Positions 7,826 through 17,187 of a stretch of DNA of 55,598 bases are shown here, piece by piece (the first letter of the stretch is position 1; each line of letters opens with the position of its first letter). The DNA is from a virus (lineage: Duplodnaviria; Caudoviricetes). The position numbers were made by a program, and so were the translations under genes. The notes below the pieces were generated by a model. That model ran no database searches. It saw only the letters and a list, made by a program, of their open reading frames with translations, and was not told the origin of the DNA. The stretch covers positions 1-55,598 of the IMG/VR virus record IMGVR_UViG_3300005805_000113; one strand, given 5' to 3'.

Positions 7826-8488
7826 GTGGATAGAGATTATTCAAAAATCGTGGCGGTGCCCCCCGCCAAAATCAATCACAGTATTATGCATGATGTGGTC
7901 ATTTTGATGACCCCCAACGAACAGGAGGCCCTCAAGCAGATGATTGCGGCCGCCCCCGATGATGCGGTGTTTGTGGAATATGGGTGCGGTGGATCCACCT
8001 GTCTCTTTGCCGCTCATATGCGAGCCTCGCAAAAGCTGTACAGCATCGAACATCAAAAAGAGTGGTTTGAGCGTATACGCATGGTGCTCGGGGATATGCA
8101 GCGTGGGGGTGAAGTATTTCTCTTTTGGAAGCCCGCGGCGGGCGGACGCAAGATGGGGTTTCAACTGGGTGAGGATGTGCACATCATCGAAGAGCACGAA
8201 TTTCGTCGTTACGGCACACCCACCGAGGAACTTCCGCACGGGCTGGAGGACTACATCAATGCTACCGGCATCGATATCGATTGGTCGAAGGTGCATTGTG
8301 TCCTCGTCGATGGTGTGGCGCGTGGGGCCGTGTTGGCGATGATTCGGCATAAACTGTCGCCGGACGCGATGGTGATTGTGCTTGACGCCGCACAGCGCAA
8401 TATTTGGTATACGTGGGCGGTGCAGCCATTGTATGACGTGCACGGATTTGTAGACAGTATGTTGTGGTTGACGGTGCCCAAAAAATAA
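7826..8488 (+). CDS. Class I SAM-dependent methyltransferase
   Basis: FVEYGCGGST, SIEH..EW, VLVDG..R, LDAAQR motifs. Confidence 0.75.
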   Translation: MDRDYSKIVAVPPAKINHSIMHDVVILMTPNEQEALKQMIAAAPDDAVFVEYGCGGSTCLFAAHMRASQKLYSIEHQKEWFERIRMVLGDMQRGGEVFLFWKPAAGGRKMGFQLGEDVHIIEEHEFRRYGTPTEELPHGLEDYINATGIDIDWSKVHCVLVDGVARGAVLAMIRHKLSPDAMVIVLDAAQRNIWYTWAVQPLYDVHGFVDSMLWLTVPKK

Positions 8489-8559
8489 CCGTTTACGTTC
8501 GTCGGTGAATACTATATACTATTAGTGTTTGACTTTATTATTTTTCCCGTGGAGTGATT

Positions 8560-9639
8560 ATGAATCTTGAAGTGCCGGTCAGTGAACTACAGAAGAAATC
8601 CCTATTCGTTGCGACCCCGATGTATGGCGGTCAGTGTTTCGGCTCCTATACCAAAAGTATTCTTGATCTCTCCCGCGTGTGCCAGGCGTACGGCGTTCAG
8701 GTGCAGTTCTCGTTTATCTTCAACGAGTCACTGATTACGCGGGCCCGTAACTATATGGTCGATGAGTTTTTGCGTAGTGCCCATACGCACATGATGTTTA
8801 TTGACTCGGATATTGACTTCAATCCGATGGATGTCATTGCCTTGCTGGCGATGGACAAGCCGATTGCGGGGGGTCCGTATCCAAAGAAGTGCCTCGCATG
8901 GGAGAACATCTACGATGCGGTGAAGTATGGGCTGGTGCCCAATGACGACCGTGGGAAGTTGGCCGATTTTGCGGGCGACTTCGTGTTCAATGCGGCTCCC
9001 GGCACGACCGAAATCAAGTTGGACGACCCCGTTGAGGTGCTGGAACTCGGTACGGGCTTCATGATGATCGAACGGAGCGTCTTTACGAAGTTCGCCGACG
9101 CGTATCCACAGTATTGGTATAACCCCGACCATAACCGTTCGGCCGCGTTCGATGGCACCCGTAAGATTTATCAGTATTTTCAAGCCGAGATCGAACCCGT
9201 CCACGGACGCTATCTGAGTGAGGACTATTGGTTCTGCCAGAAGGCGCGTGAAGCGGGTCTCGGTGTGTGGTTGGCGCCGTGGATGGTCATCAAGCATCAC
9301 GGCACCTACATTTACAGTGGCAGTATTCCCGCGATGGCGACCGTGTCTAACGAGCGCATTCATCGCAACGATCCGGTGCCGTCCGTCGTGCGTATGGATG
9401 GCACGGGCGGCAACCCCGCAGCGAACGCCCCGCCTGCACCGGCATCTGGACCCGCGACGGTCAAGCAGTTCAGTTCCCTCTCCGCGTCAAAGCGCAAGGA
9501 ACTCCTGACGATTGCGGCGGAGAAGATCGGAGTGGCGGCCGATGTGCTTCAGCAGCACTATAAGAATAATCGCGACGCCTGGCTCGCAGAAAATCCTGAC
9601 AGCTCTATTGAAGAAAAACTCAGACTCGTACAGCAGTAA
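8560..9639 (+). CDS. GT-A-fold glycosyltransferase-like protein
   Basis: LFVATPMYGG, ESLITRARN, MFIDSDIDF (DxD), GTGFMMI, YLSEDYWFC; Pro/Ala linker and C-terminal extension. Confidence 0.75.
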   Translation: MNLEVPVSELQKKSLFVATPMYGGQCFGSYTKSILDLSRVCQAYGVQVQFSFIFNESLITRARNYMVDEFLRSAHTHMMFIDSDIDFNPMDVIALLAMDKPIAGGPYPKKCLAWENIYDAVKYGLVPNDDRGKLADFAGDFVFNAAPGTTEIKLDDPVEVLELGTGFMMIERSVFTKFADAYPQYWYNPDHNRSAAFDGTRKIYQYFQAEIEPVHGRYLSEDYWFCQKAREAGLGVWLAPWMVIKHHGTYIYSGSIPAMATVSNERIHRNDPVPSVVRMDGTGGNPAANAPPAPASGPATVKQFSSLSASKRKELLTIAAEKIGVAADVLQQHYKNNRDAWLAENPDSSIEEKLRLVQQ

Positions 9640-9655
9640 CGCATAGGAGTAGAGT

Positions 9656-10324
9656 ATGATTATTGGATTGAGTGGATTTGCCGGCACTGGCAAGTCTACC
9701 ATCGCTGAGTATTTGGTGCGTGAGCATGGATTTGTGCGGTTGAGTTTCGCCTCGGCGGTGAAGGATATCGCCGGTGCCGCATTTGGATGGGATCGACAAC
9801 GACTGGAAGGCGCGACGCCACAAGATAGACTCTGGCGCGAAGAACCCGACGCGTTCTGGTCGCAGCGGATGATGAAACCCTTCTCGCCGCGGTATGCGCT
9901 TCAGTTTCTCGGCACGGACATTTTTCGCCAGCATGTCCTCCCAACCATCTGGTGCGATAATGTCATTGCCAAAATTCGCAATCTCGGCCTCGACGCGAAT
10001 GTCGTGATTGACGATGTGCGGTTCGTCAATGAACGGAACGCGCTCCGTGCTGAAGGTGCTCAATTTTTATTGGTGCGCAAATCCGAGTTTCCGAGTGCTC
10101 TTCACGCAGAGTTATGGAACGCCGCCCGCGCACGATTTCGCGTGCGAGACATCATTCACGATGATCGGACGCATCTCCATCTCTCGGAATGGGATTGGCT
10201 ACAGGATGCCACGGTAGCCGACGACCCAGTAATTGTGAATAGTGGCAGTTATGATGACTTGTATGCAGCGGTCGATGCGTGGTATACTCCACACACGGCT
10301 GGTGCACTACTAACAACTAAGTGA
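9656..10324 (+). CDS. Deoxynucleoside monophosphate kinase (gp1-like)
   Basis: IIGLSGFAGTGKST P-loop, SFA..VKD, PRYALQFLGTD, VIDDVRF.NE. Confidence 0.9.
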   Translation: MIIGLSGFAGTGKSTIAEYLVREHGFVRLSFASAVKDIAGAAFGWDRQRLEGATPQDRLWREEPDAFWSQRMMKPFSPRYALQFLGTDIFRQHVLPTIWCDNVIAKIRNLGLDANVVIDDVRFVNERNALRAEGAQFLLVRKSEFPSALHAELWNAARARFRVRDIIHDDRTHLHLSEWDWLQDATVADDPVIVNSGSYDDLYAAVDAWYTPHTAGALLTTK

Positions 10325-10332
10325 GGATAAGT

Positions 10333-11070
10333 ATGGCTTCGTATGTATTGAATGATTCAACAGTAGAAATTCTCAAGAACTTTGCGAGTATCAACAATCA
10401 GGTCGTGTTCAAGGCGGGCAGCGCCCAGCGGGCGTGTAACGACACCCGCAACTTTATCGCGGATGTGGAACTCAATGAGCCACTGCCGCAGGAGTGTGCG
10501 CTGTATGAACTGAACCGTCTGCTCGGCATTATCGACACCTGCAAGACCGATAAGCTGCCGACCATTGCGTTTGGCTCGTCATCGCTCGTCGTGGAGCATG
10601 ACTACGGCAAGGTCACGATTCCGTATGCCCATGCGGATGTGGTCGCGGCGCCGCCTGGCGTGCAGTTCCATCTGAAGAAACCGATTGCGACGTTCGATCT
10701 GCCGTCGGCCCTGTGGACGAAGATCAAGCGGACGGCCGCCGTGCTTCAGACGACGTCGTTGCACATCATCGTCAACACGGACGGGGAACTGGTGCTGAAG
10801 CTCGTCAACGAGAAGGATAAGGGTGGCGACGCCTCGGGGTCGGCGGCGTATAACATGCCCAACACCAACGTGCAGGAAGCGGTGGACAATACGTGGGCGG
10901 TGAAGTTCGATGCCCTCGAACTCATTCCCGGCGACTATACGGTCGAAGTCGGTGAAATCGGGAATAACACCAATAGCAACACGTTGTTCGGCATGTTCTT
11001 CAAGCTCAACGACCCGACCAAGAAGGTCACCTATCTCACGTCTGGTCATGTCGTGAAGACGCGCACCTAA
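10333..11070 (+). CDS. gp45: Sliding clamp
   Basis: TVEILKNFASIN, ALYELNRLLG, LELIPGDYTV; position upstream of clamp loader. Confidence 0.85.
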   Translation: MASYVLNDSTVEILKNFASINNQVVFKAGSAQRACNDTRNFIADVELNEPLPQECALYELNRLLGIIDTCKTDKLPTIAFGSSSLVVEHDYGKVTIPYAHADVVAAPPGVQFHLKKPIATFDLPSALWTKIKRTAAVLQTTSLHIIVNTDGELVLKLVNEKDKGGDASGSAAYNMPNTNVQEAVDNTWAVKFDALELIPGDYTVEVGEIGNNTNSNTLFGMFFKLNDPTKKVTYLTSGHVVKTRT

Positions 11071-11196
11071 CACGCCTACGGCGACGGCTGTGGGAAAGCG
11101 GAACGTTCGGCATTCGGGAGGACGACGGTCTATTGAACGAGATGTCGAAGTTGGAAGGTATAATCCGCGAGGGGGGCTTCTTCCAACGCCCTCACT

Positions 11197-11784
11197 TTAT
11201 GTGACTAACAGTTTAGGTATAGTGTCATACAAAGATAAAATTTCTTTAGCCCATTTTATTTTATCTTTTATTCGCTGACCGGGAGGATGGGACGATGACC
11301 ACAGCTCTAAATTTTCTATACGGTTATCATTTCGCACACCATTTATATGGTGAACGGTTTCATGCGGGGTGAGCTTTCTATTCAAAAATTTGGACATAAC
11401 TAATACATGTTCTAGTTCGTATGTACGGGAGGATGAGCGAACAAATTGTGTATTCGTTTCTGTGATGTATACCATTACATATCCATCGCGGTTAATCCAT
11501 CGACCACCGGACCAATTATGAGAGAGTTTTCCTTTTTGGCGTCTACGTTCATTACTAGCACAACCACAACTTTTGGTGTTTTTACGACGAAGATTGTTCG
11601 CCAATACTTCTGTGATTTTGCCGCATTGGCATTGACATACCCATTGTCTGGCGGCAGAACCAGACGGAAAATATTTCATGTTTCCCTTTGAAATAACCGT
11701 TAATTTACCGAATATTTTACCGGTTAAATCTTGTGAATTGGGTGCTGGTTTTCCTTTTTGCTGAGCCATGTTATACTCTCCCAT
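11197..11784 (-). CDS. Free-standing HNH homing endonuclease
   Basis: DLTGKIFGKLTV, WVCQCQCG, KSCGC, EHVLVM...ETVHHINGVRNDNRIENLELW; AT-rich, antisense, own TAAATA at 11789-11794. Confidence 0.9.
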   Translation of the reverse strand: MGEYNMAQQKGKPAPNSQDLTGKIFGKLTVISKGNMKYFPSGSAARQWVCQCQCGKITEVLANNLRRKNTKSCGCASNERRRQKGKLSHNWSGGRWINRDGYVMVYITETNTQFVRSSSRTYELEHVLVMSKFLNRKLTPHETVHHINGVRNDNRIENLELWSSSHPPGQRIKDKIKWAKEILSLYDTIPKLLVT

Positions 11785-11833
11785 TGACTATTTATTATTC
11801 CAATGATTTTCAAAACAAATATGGAGCATTATT

Positions 11834-12769
11834 ATGATTGAAGAATTTATCTGGGTAGAAAAATACAGACCTAGCAGAATTGATGAGTGCGTTTTACCAA
11901 ATGATATCAAAAATACGGCAAAATCATTTGTCGCTCAGGGCGATTTACCGCATATGTTACTTATGGGCTCACCCGGCACAGGAAAAACCACATTGGCCCT
12001 CGCGCTATGTCGTGAGCTTGATATCATTCCGTTAATAATCAACGGATCGGAAGAACGCGGAATTGATGTGTTGCGAACCAAGATCATAGATTTTGCCGCG
12101 GCCATGACTTTCGATGGTAAACGCCGTTGTATTATTATCGATGAAGCGGATTATCTTACACCAGAAGCACAAGCAGGACTACGTGGGGTAATGGAGGCTT
12201 ACGCGGTCAACTGCTCATTCATTCTCACCTGTAACTACAGCAACCGCATTATTCCCGCGCTCCACTCACGCTGCACCGGCATCTCGTTCGGCATTCCACC
12301 TGCGGAGAAGAAGCACCTGATGGTCCAGACGTTGGCTCGACTTCAGGACATGTTGGTCAAGGAACAGGTGACCGCCTCGGAAGATGTGCTGATACAAGTC
12401 ATCAAGCGGTGGTGGCCGGATCTGCGGCGCATGATTAATGAGATTCAGCGGGCGTGTGTGAATGGGGAACTCACGCCTGCCGTGTTGGGGCAGCAAGCGG
12501 ATGTGCAGTTCGATCCGCTCTGGAAAGCCCTCAAGACTCGCAACTATAAAGAGGCACGAGTGTGGATTGGTCAGTATGCGGACATCGACCCCCCGAAGTT
12601 TTATCGGTCGGTATTTGACTGGCTCCATGAGAATGCCGAGGATAGTCATATTCCGTCGCTGGTTGTGCTGACGGCGGACTATCAGTATAAGCATATGAAC
12701 GCGGTAGACCCGCACGTCCATCTGGCGGCGTTCTGTCTGGAACTCATGCACAATGGGCAGTATCGGTAG
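11834..12769 (+). CDS. gp44: Clamp loader large subunit (AAA+)
   Basis: WVEKYRP, GSPGTGKTT, IIIDEAD, LHSRC, PDLRRMIN. Confidence 0.95.
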   Translation: MIEEFIWVEKYRPSRIDECVLPNDIKNTAKSFVAQGDLPHMLLMGSPGTGKTTLALALCRELDIIPLIINGSEERGIDVLRTKIIDFAAAMTFDGKRRCIIIDEADYLTPEAQAGLRGVMEAYAVNCSFILTCNYSNRIIPALHSRCTGISFGIPPAEKKHLMVQTLARLQDMLVKEQVTASEDVLIQVIKRWWPDLRRMINEIQRACVNGELTPAVLGQQADVQFDPLWKALKTRNYKEARVWIGQYADIDPPKFYRSVFDWLHENAEDSHIPSLVVLTADYQYKHMNAVDPHVHLAAFCLELMHNGQYR

Positions 12770-12777
12770 GAGCGACG

Positions 12778-13236
12778 ATGGCCTCGACACGAAAACCGAT
12801 GATCGCCACAACAGGAAAACCGATAGACCCCACGGAGAAGAAGCCGACCATCTTCAACACGATTAACGCCCTCTCCGCCACGCGGCCACTGACCTATCAG
12901 GATTTGGTGGAACAGAATCTGCCCTACGAACCCTTTATGGTCAACCGTGCATTCTCGCTCTCCGAGGATGCCGTGCTGGCAGCGTCGATGATGAATCAGC
13001 GACCCCATCTGGACAAAGCCGACCAAGCGGCGTTCTATATTCATACGCTGCGTCCTCGTCGGCGATTTGAGAAGTGGCCGAAGTCCCTCGAAGACCCCGA
13101 TAGTGCGGTTATTGCGAAGTATTATGGAATGAGTCAACGCGAAGCCAAACTTTCCGCAAACCTACATACTAAAGAGGAAGTTACGGTGATGCGGAAGGTC
13201 TTAGAAGACGGGGCCTCTCCATCACGGTTTCGTTAA
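12778..13236 (+). CDS. gp62: Clamp loader small subunit
   Basis: YEPFMVNRAFS...MN...RPRRRFEKW...KYYGMS..EA; follows gp44. Confidence 0.85.
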   Translation: MASTRKPMIATTGKPIDPTEKKPTIFNTINALSATRPLTYQDLVEQNLPYEPFMVNRAFSLSEDAVLAASMMNQRPHLDKADQAAFYIHTLRPRRRFEKWPKSLEDPDSAVIAKYYGMSQREAKLSANLHTKEEVTVMRKVLEDGASPSRFR

Positions 13237-13257
13237 TATCGATGATGGAGATCTCGT

Positions 13258-13719
13258 ATGGCTGTTTACGATTACGAGGCGTCCTTTGTGGAGATTCGGT
13301 TTCCTGATGTGGAAGGGGCGTCCGGCAAAGAACCGGCGGATAACTTTCTCAAAGTCAAGGAGACGCTGACCCGCATCGGGGCGCCGGCTTATAGCAAAGA
13401 CCCGAATGAGCCGGGGAAAACCTTATGGCAGTCATGTCATATCTTATACAAGCGGCAACGCTACTACTTGGTGCATTTCAAGGAAATGTTCCTGTTGGAC
13501 GGCAAAGCATCGCGCACCGTCATTACCGAGGACGATCTGGCACGGCGCAACGCGATTGCGATGCTCCTCCAGCAATGGGGCTTGATTGTCGTCGTGCATC
13601 AGGATCGCATTCAAAACCCGCATCCGGCGCCGATTGATACCTTGAAGATTATTCCGTTCAAGGATAAAGGCAACTGGAATCTTCGTGCGAAGTATGAAAT
13701 AGGCAAAACACGAAAGTAA
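13258..13719 (+). CDS. regA: Translational repressor RegA
   Basis: DNFLKVKETLTRIG, LWQSCHIL.K..RYYLVHFKEMF.LDG, RRNAIA.LL..WGL. Confidence 0.95.
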   Translation: MAVYDYEASFVEIRFPDVEGASGKEPADNFLKVKETLTRIGAPAYSKDPNEPGKTLWQSCHILYKRQRYYLVHFKEMFLLDGKASRTVITEDDLARRNAIAMLLQQWGLIVVVHQDRIQNPHPAPIDTLKIIPFKDKGNWNLRAKYEIGKTRK

Positions 13720-13729
13720 CGGAGTGGTG

Positions 13730-14209
13730 ATGACAACGAGTGCTGTGGGCATCCAGTTAATCTGTGAGTTTGAAGGATTTCGGGCTGCGGCCTATCCAGA
13801 TGTCGTGGGGGTCTGGACGATTGGCTACGGCACCACTCGTGTCAATAATCAACCCGTGACGAAGGGTATGACGTGCACCGAAGCGCAAGCGAAAGAATGG
13901 GTGCATACGGACTTGAGACAGTTCGAGGCGGCCGTCACCGCCGCCTCGGCAAAACCCCTCACACAATTTCAATTTGACGCCTGCGTCTGTTTCGCATATA
14001 ATATCGGTGCGGGTGGGTTTGCAAGTTCGACCGTTGGTCGAAAACTTCGCACGGGGAATATTGCCCTCATCAATGAAAGCAACTTTGTGGCGTGGAATAA
14101 AGTAAGAAATAGTCACGGCGTCTTGGTCGAGTCGAGAGGACTGACGCGCCGGCGCAAGGCCGAATGGTATTTATTTTCGACGGGAATGATTAAAACGCAA
14201 TTCGAATGA
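13730..14209 (+). CDS. Lysozyme (GH24 muramidase)
   Basis: FEG...AYPD.VGVWTIGYG.T, QFDA...FAYNIG, GLTRRR.AE. Confidence 0.9.
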   Translation: MTTSAVGIQLICEFEGFRAAAYPDVVGVWTIGYGTTRVNNQPVTKGMTCTEAQAKEWVHTDLRQFEAAVTAASAKPLTQFQFDACVCFAYNIGAGGFASSTVGRKLRTGNIALINESNFVAWNKVRNSHGVLVESRGLTRRRKAEWYLFSTGMIKTQFE

Positions 14210-14219
14210 GGAGTAGAGT

Positions 14220-14543
14220 ATGGGCACAGTGAAGATTATCAAGTTTGTCAGTTCGCAGGAAGTCATCGCTCGGGTGATCGAGGAGTCCTCCACCGAAATT
14301 ATTGTCGAGTCCCCGTTGACAATTCAGCCGCTGCGTAGCGGGGAAACGTCGATGGCGATTGGGTTGATGCCGTTTACATGGGCGGGCGACAACAAAGACA
14401 CCGTGGCGCTCAACCGTGCGCATGTGCTCTGCGTGATGAACCCCGAGGACGAACTCAAGACGCAGTATCTGGCGGCGCTCGCGGGTCTCACGATTCCGAA
14501 TGGTGCGGCCACGCCAAAATTGACGTTGACTGAAGCGCGATAA
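14220..14543 (+). CDS. Conserved T4-like small beta-barrel (Sm-like) protein
   Basis: VKIIKFVSSQEVIA...IGLMPF...P.DEL..QY pattern; GAGGAG RBS. Confidence 0.65.
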   Translation: MGTVKIIKFVSSQEVIARVIEESSTEIIVESPLTIQPLRSGETSMAIGLMPFTWAGDNKDTVALNRAHVLCVMNPEDELKTQYLAALAGLTIPNGAATPKLTLTEAR

Positions 14544-14582
14544 CGTTCGCGTTTAGTCTCGGAATGAGGTATACTAATCCCC

Positions 14583-16256
14583 ATGACGGGAATGTATGAT
14601 ACGTACACCAGCGTGGTGGTGTTGAAAGATGACTTGGGCGTGCGATTGCGCGACCCCATCACCCGCCAAGGTTCCTTCTATAAAGTCCCCTATCAGCCGC
14701 GCACGTTCTATCCGTGTGGTATTAATGACGGGACGGAGAACTGGCGCACGCTTGATGGCACCGTGTTGAAGGAGCGACGCCATCGCAGCCTCTCACAGTA
14801 TCATCACTTCGTGGATCGCTCCAAAGAAGAGGGGCGCATCATCTACGGCACCATCGCCCCGATGTATCAGTTTTTCGCGGAAGAAGTCGGTCAGAAATGC
14901 GGCATGCCGTTCGAGTCATTGCGCACGGTCTTTCTCGATATCGAGGTCGCGTCGGATCAAGGCTTCGCGCCTCCAGAGAATCCGTATCAGCCCATCACGG
15001 CCATTACCGCCGAAGTGTGGGGGCACTACTATGTGTGGGGCTGTGGAGACTATGCGAATCTCCGCGACGATGTGACCTATACGCAGTGTCAGGATGAAGT
15101 CGCCCTCCTGATTGACTTTATTCGCTGGTGGACGGCCGACTATCCCGATATTATTACAGGCTGGAACACCCACACCTACGACATTCCCTATATTCTCAAT
15201 CGCATCGACCGATTGCGTGACGAAAAGAAACTGAAAATCAGTTCGTCGGTGCTGTCGCCGTGGCGCAAACTCACACATCGCAACGTGACGATGATGGGGC
15301 GCGACCAGAAGTTGCCAGACATTGTGGGCATTCCGATTCTGGACTATTTGGAACTCTATCGCAAGTTCTCGCTCACGCAGCAGGAGTCCTATCGACTCGA
15401 TGCGATTGCGGAAGTCGAACTCGGCAAGAAGAAAGTGTCCTATGATGAGTATGGGTCGCTGCAACGGCTGGCGGAAGAGAATTATCAGAAGTTTATTGAT
15501 TACAACATCGCCGATACTCAACTCGTCCGTGAACTGAACAACAAGCTCCATCATCTTGACCTGTGTGTGCAAATCGCCTATGGTGCGCGGGTGAACTTTC
15601 AGGACACGTTCAAACAGGTGCGTCTGTGGGATGCGATGATGTATTACGAATTGTATGACCGACAGATTGCGATTCCGTTGAAGCGCGAGACGCACAAGGG
15701 TGCGCAGTATGCCGGTGCGTATGTGAAAGACCCCATCACCGGTAAGCACGACTGGGTGGTGTCCTTTGACGTGAACTCGCTGTATCCGTCGATTATGCGA
15801 CAGTGGAATATCAGCCCCGACCGGCATTTGCCAATTGAGTGGTTGAAATCACGGTTGGAGGATATCGAATATTTGGCAGGGGCCGATGCGATACACACAC
15901 CACCTGCGCTATCGGAATGCACACCGCGTCAGTGGTTGCTAGATGTGCAACAACCCGATGTGCCGATAGTGGCGTGGGCGTTGCGGGAACTGATTGCGTA
16001 TTTGGAACGCACCGATATTGAGACCACGCTACGGGATTTGTCCACGCCGGATCCGTTTCCGTGGCTGCGCGTCCTGTCGGTCTGCATCACGCCGAACAAG
16101 CAAGCGTTCCGCGTGGATATGGTGGGGTTCCTGCCTGAAATCTTGGCGCGGTTATATGAAGAACGCACGTCCGCAAAAACGAAGGCTACCGACGCTGCCA
16201 AGGAATACGAACGAGTGAAGAAAGAGATGGAGCGGCGAGAAAAGATAAATAGATAG
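14583..16256 (+). CDS. gp43A: Family B DNA polymerase, N-terminal subunit (exonuclease + motif A)
   Basis: FLDIEV, TGWN...YDIPY, YNIAD, YAGAYV, FDVNSLYPSI; ends inside the fingers domain. Confidence 0.92.
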   Translation: MTGMYDTYTSVVVLKDDLGVRLRDPITRQGSFYKVPYQPRTFYPCGINDGTENWRTLDGTVLKERRHRSLSQYHHFVDRSKEEGRIIYGTIAPMYQFFAEEVGQKCGMPFESLRTVFLDIEVASDQGFAPPENPYQPITAITAEVWGHYYVWGCGDYANLRDDVTYTQCQDEVALLIDFIRWWTADYPDIITGWNTHTYDIPYILNRIDRLRDEKKLKISSSVLSPWRKLTHRNVTMMGRDQKLPDIVGIPILDYLELYRKFSLTQQESYRLDAIAEVELGKKKVSYDEYGSLQRLAEENYQKFIDYNIADTQLVRELNNKLHHLDLCVQIAYGARVNFQDTFKQVRLWDAMMYYELYDRQIAIPLKRETHKGAQYAGAYVKDPITGKHDWVVSFDVNSLYPSIMRQWNISPDRHLPIEWLKSRLEDIEYLAGADAIHTPPALSECTPRQWLLDVQQPDVPIVAWALRELIAYLERTDIETTLRDLSTPDPFPWLRVLSVCITPNKQAFRVDMVGFLPEILARLYEERTSAKTKATDAAKEYERVKKEMERREKINR

Positions 16257-16257
16257 T

Positions 16258-17187
16258 ATGGGTGCTATTCATATTGACTTTTCTACGGAAAACTTAACAA
16301 TTGATGAAATAGCGGCGCAATTAAATTGCTCGTATACTACCGCGTATAGATTATTGCGGAAGTATCAATTGCCATACAAGAGCAACAAGCGCGGTAAACA
16401 AGGTAAATATAAACTATCTGCGGAACAACAACAACTAGTATGCCAGATGTATGTTGACGGTAATTCTATTACTCAAATCGGTAGTATGTTTCAAGATGTG
16501 AATAGAATTACTATTTTTAATGTTTTACGAAGACATAATATTCCGACCCGATTACGTAATGGTTTAGACATTATCAATCCACCCAAAGTTAGTAAAGAAG
16601 AATTAGAATATTGGTACTGGAGCCAAAACCAATCCTTATGGGAAATAGCCGAACGCTTCGGATATTCTAATGGTATGGCAGTATTAAGAGATTTTAAGCA
16701 TTATGGTATTCTTACGCGAGATCATAGTGCTGCCGGAAAAGCAAAATATGCGAGTTCGCCTATTTATAAAGACAAAGTTTTGTCTGGGTTTGAACAATCT
16801 AGGAAACACTGGTGTGCCGGAAAGAAAACGTGGATTGAACAATGGTGTGCGGAGTGGTTAGACTCCAATCATATTATTTACGAATATCAATATCAATTAC
16901 CGATACAAATATCCAATCTTCGGCATTATTTTGATTTTTTCCTTCCAGAATTTGGTTTATTAATTGAGATGGATGGTGTATACTGGCATCAAGGGGATAA
17001 ACAAATACAGCGGGATAATTTTTTTGATGCCTCTGCGAGACATTCCGGGTTTATGGTTGTCAGAATTACCGACGACGAATGTAAAATGAAAGGAATGACA
17101 ATATTTAATGAAAAACTTGAAAAATATGTCGGACGCCGAACTAAAGGCGTATGCGGAACACCTCCAACGAGAGCACGTCAGGTATAA
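16258..17187 (+). CDS. Free-standing Vsr/DUF559-like (PD-(D/E)xK) homing endonuclease with HTH repeats
   Basis: YEYQY...YFDFFL...LIEMDGVYWH...RD...GFMVVRI; AT-rich; TAAATA at 16246-16251. Confidence 0.85.
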   Translation: MGAIHIDFSTENLTIDEIAAQLNCSYTTAYRLLRKYQLPYKSNKRGKQGKYKLSAEQQQLVCQMYVDGNSITQIGSMFQDVNRITIFNVLRRHNIPTRLRNGLDIINPPKVSKEELEYWYWSQNQSLWEIAERFGYSNGMAVLRDFKHYGILTRDHSAAGKAKYASSPIYKDKVLSGFEQSRKHWCAGKKTWIEQWCAEWLDSNHIIYEYQYQLPIQISNLRHYFDFFLPEFGLLIEMDGVYWHQGDKQIQRDNFFDASARHSGFMVVRITDDECKMKGMTIFNEKLEKYVGRRTKGVCGTPPTRARQV

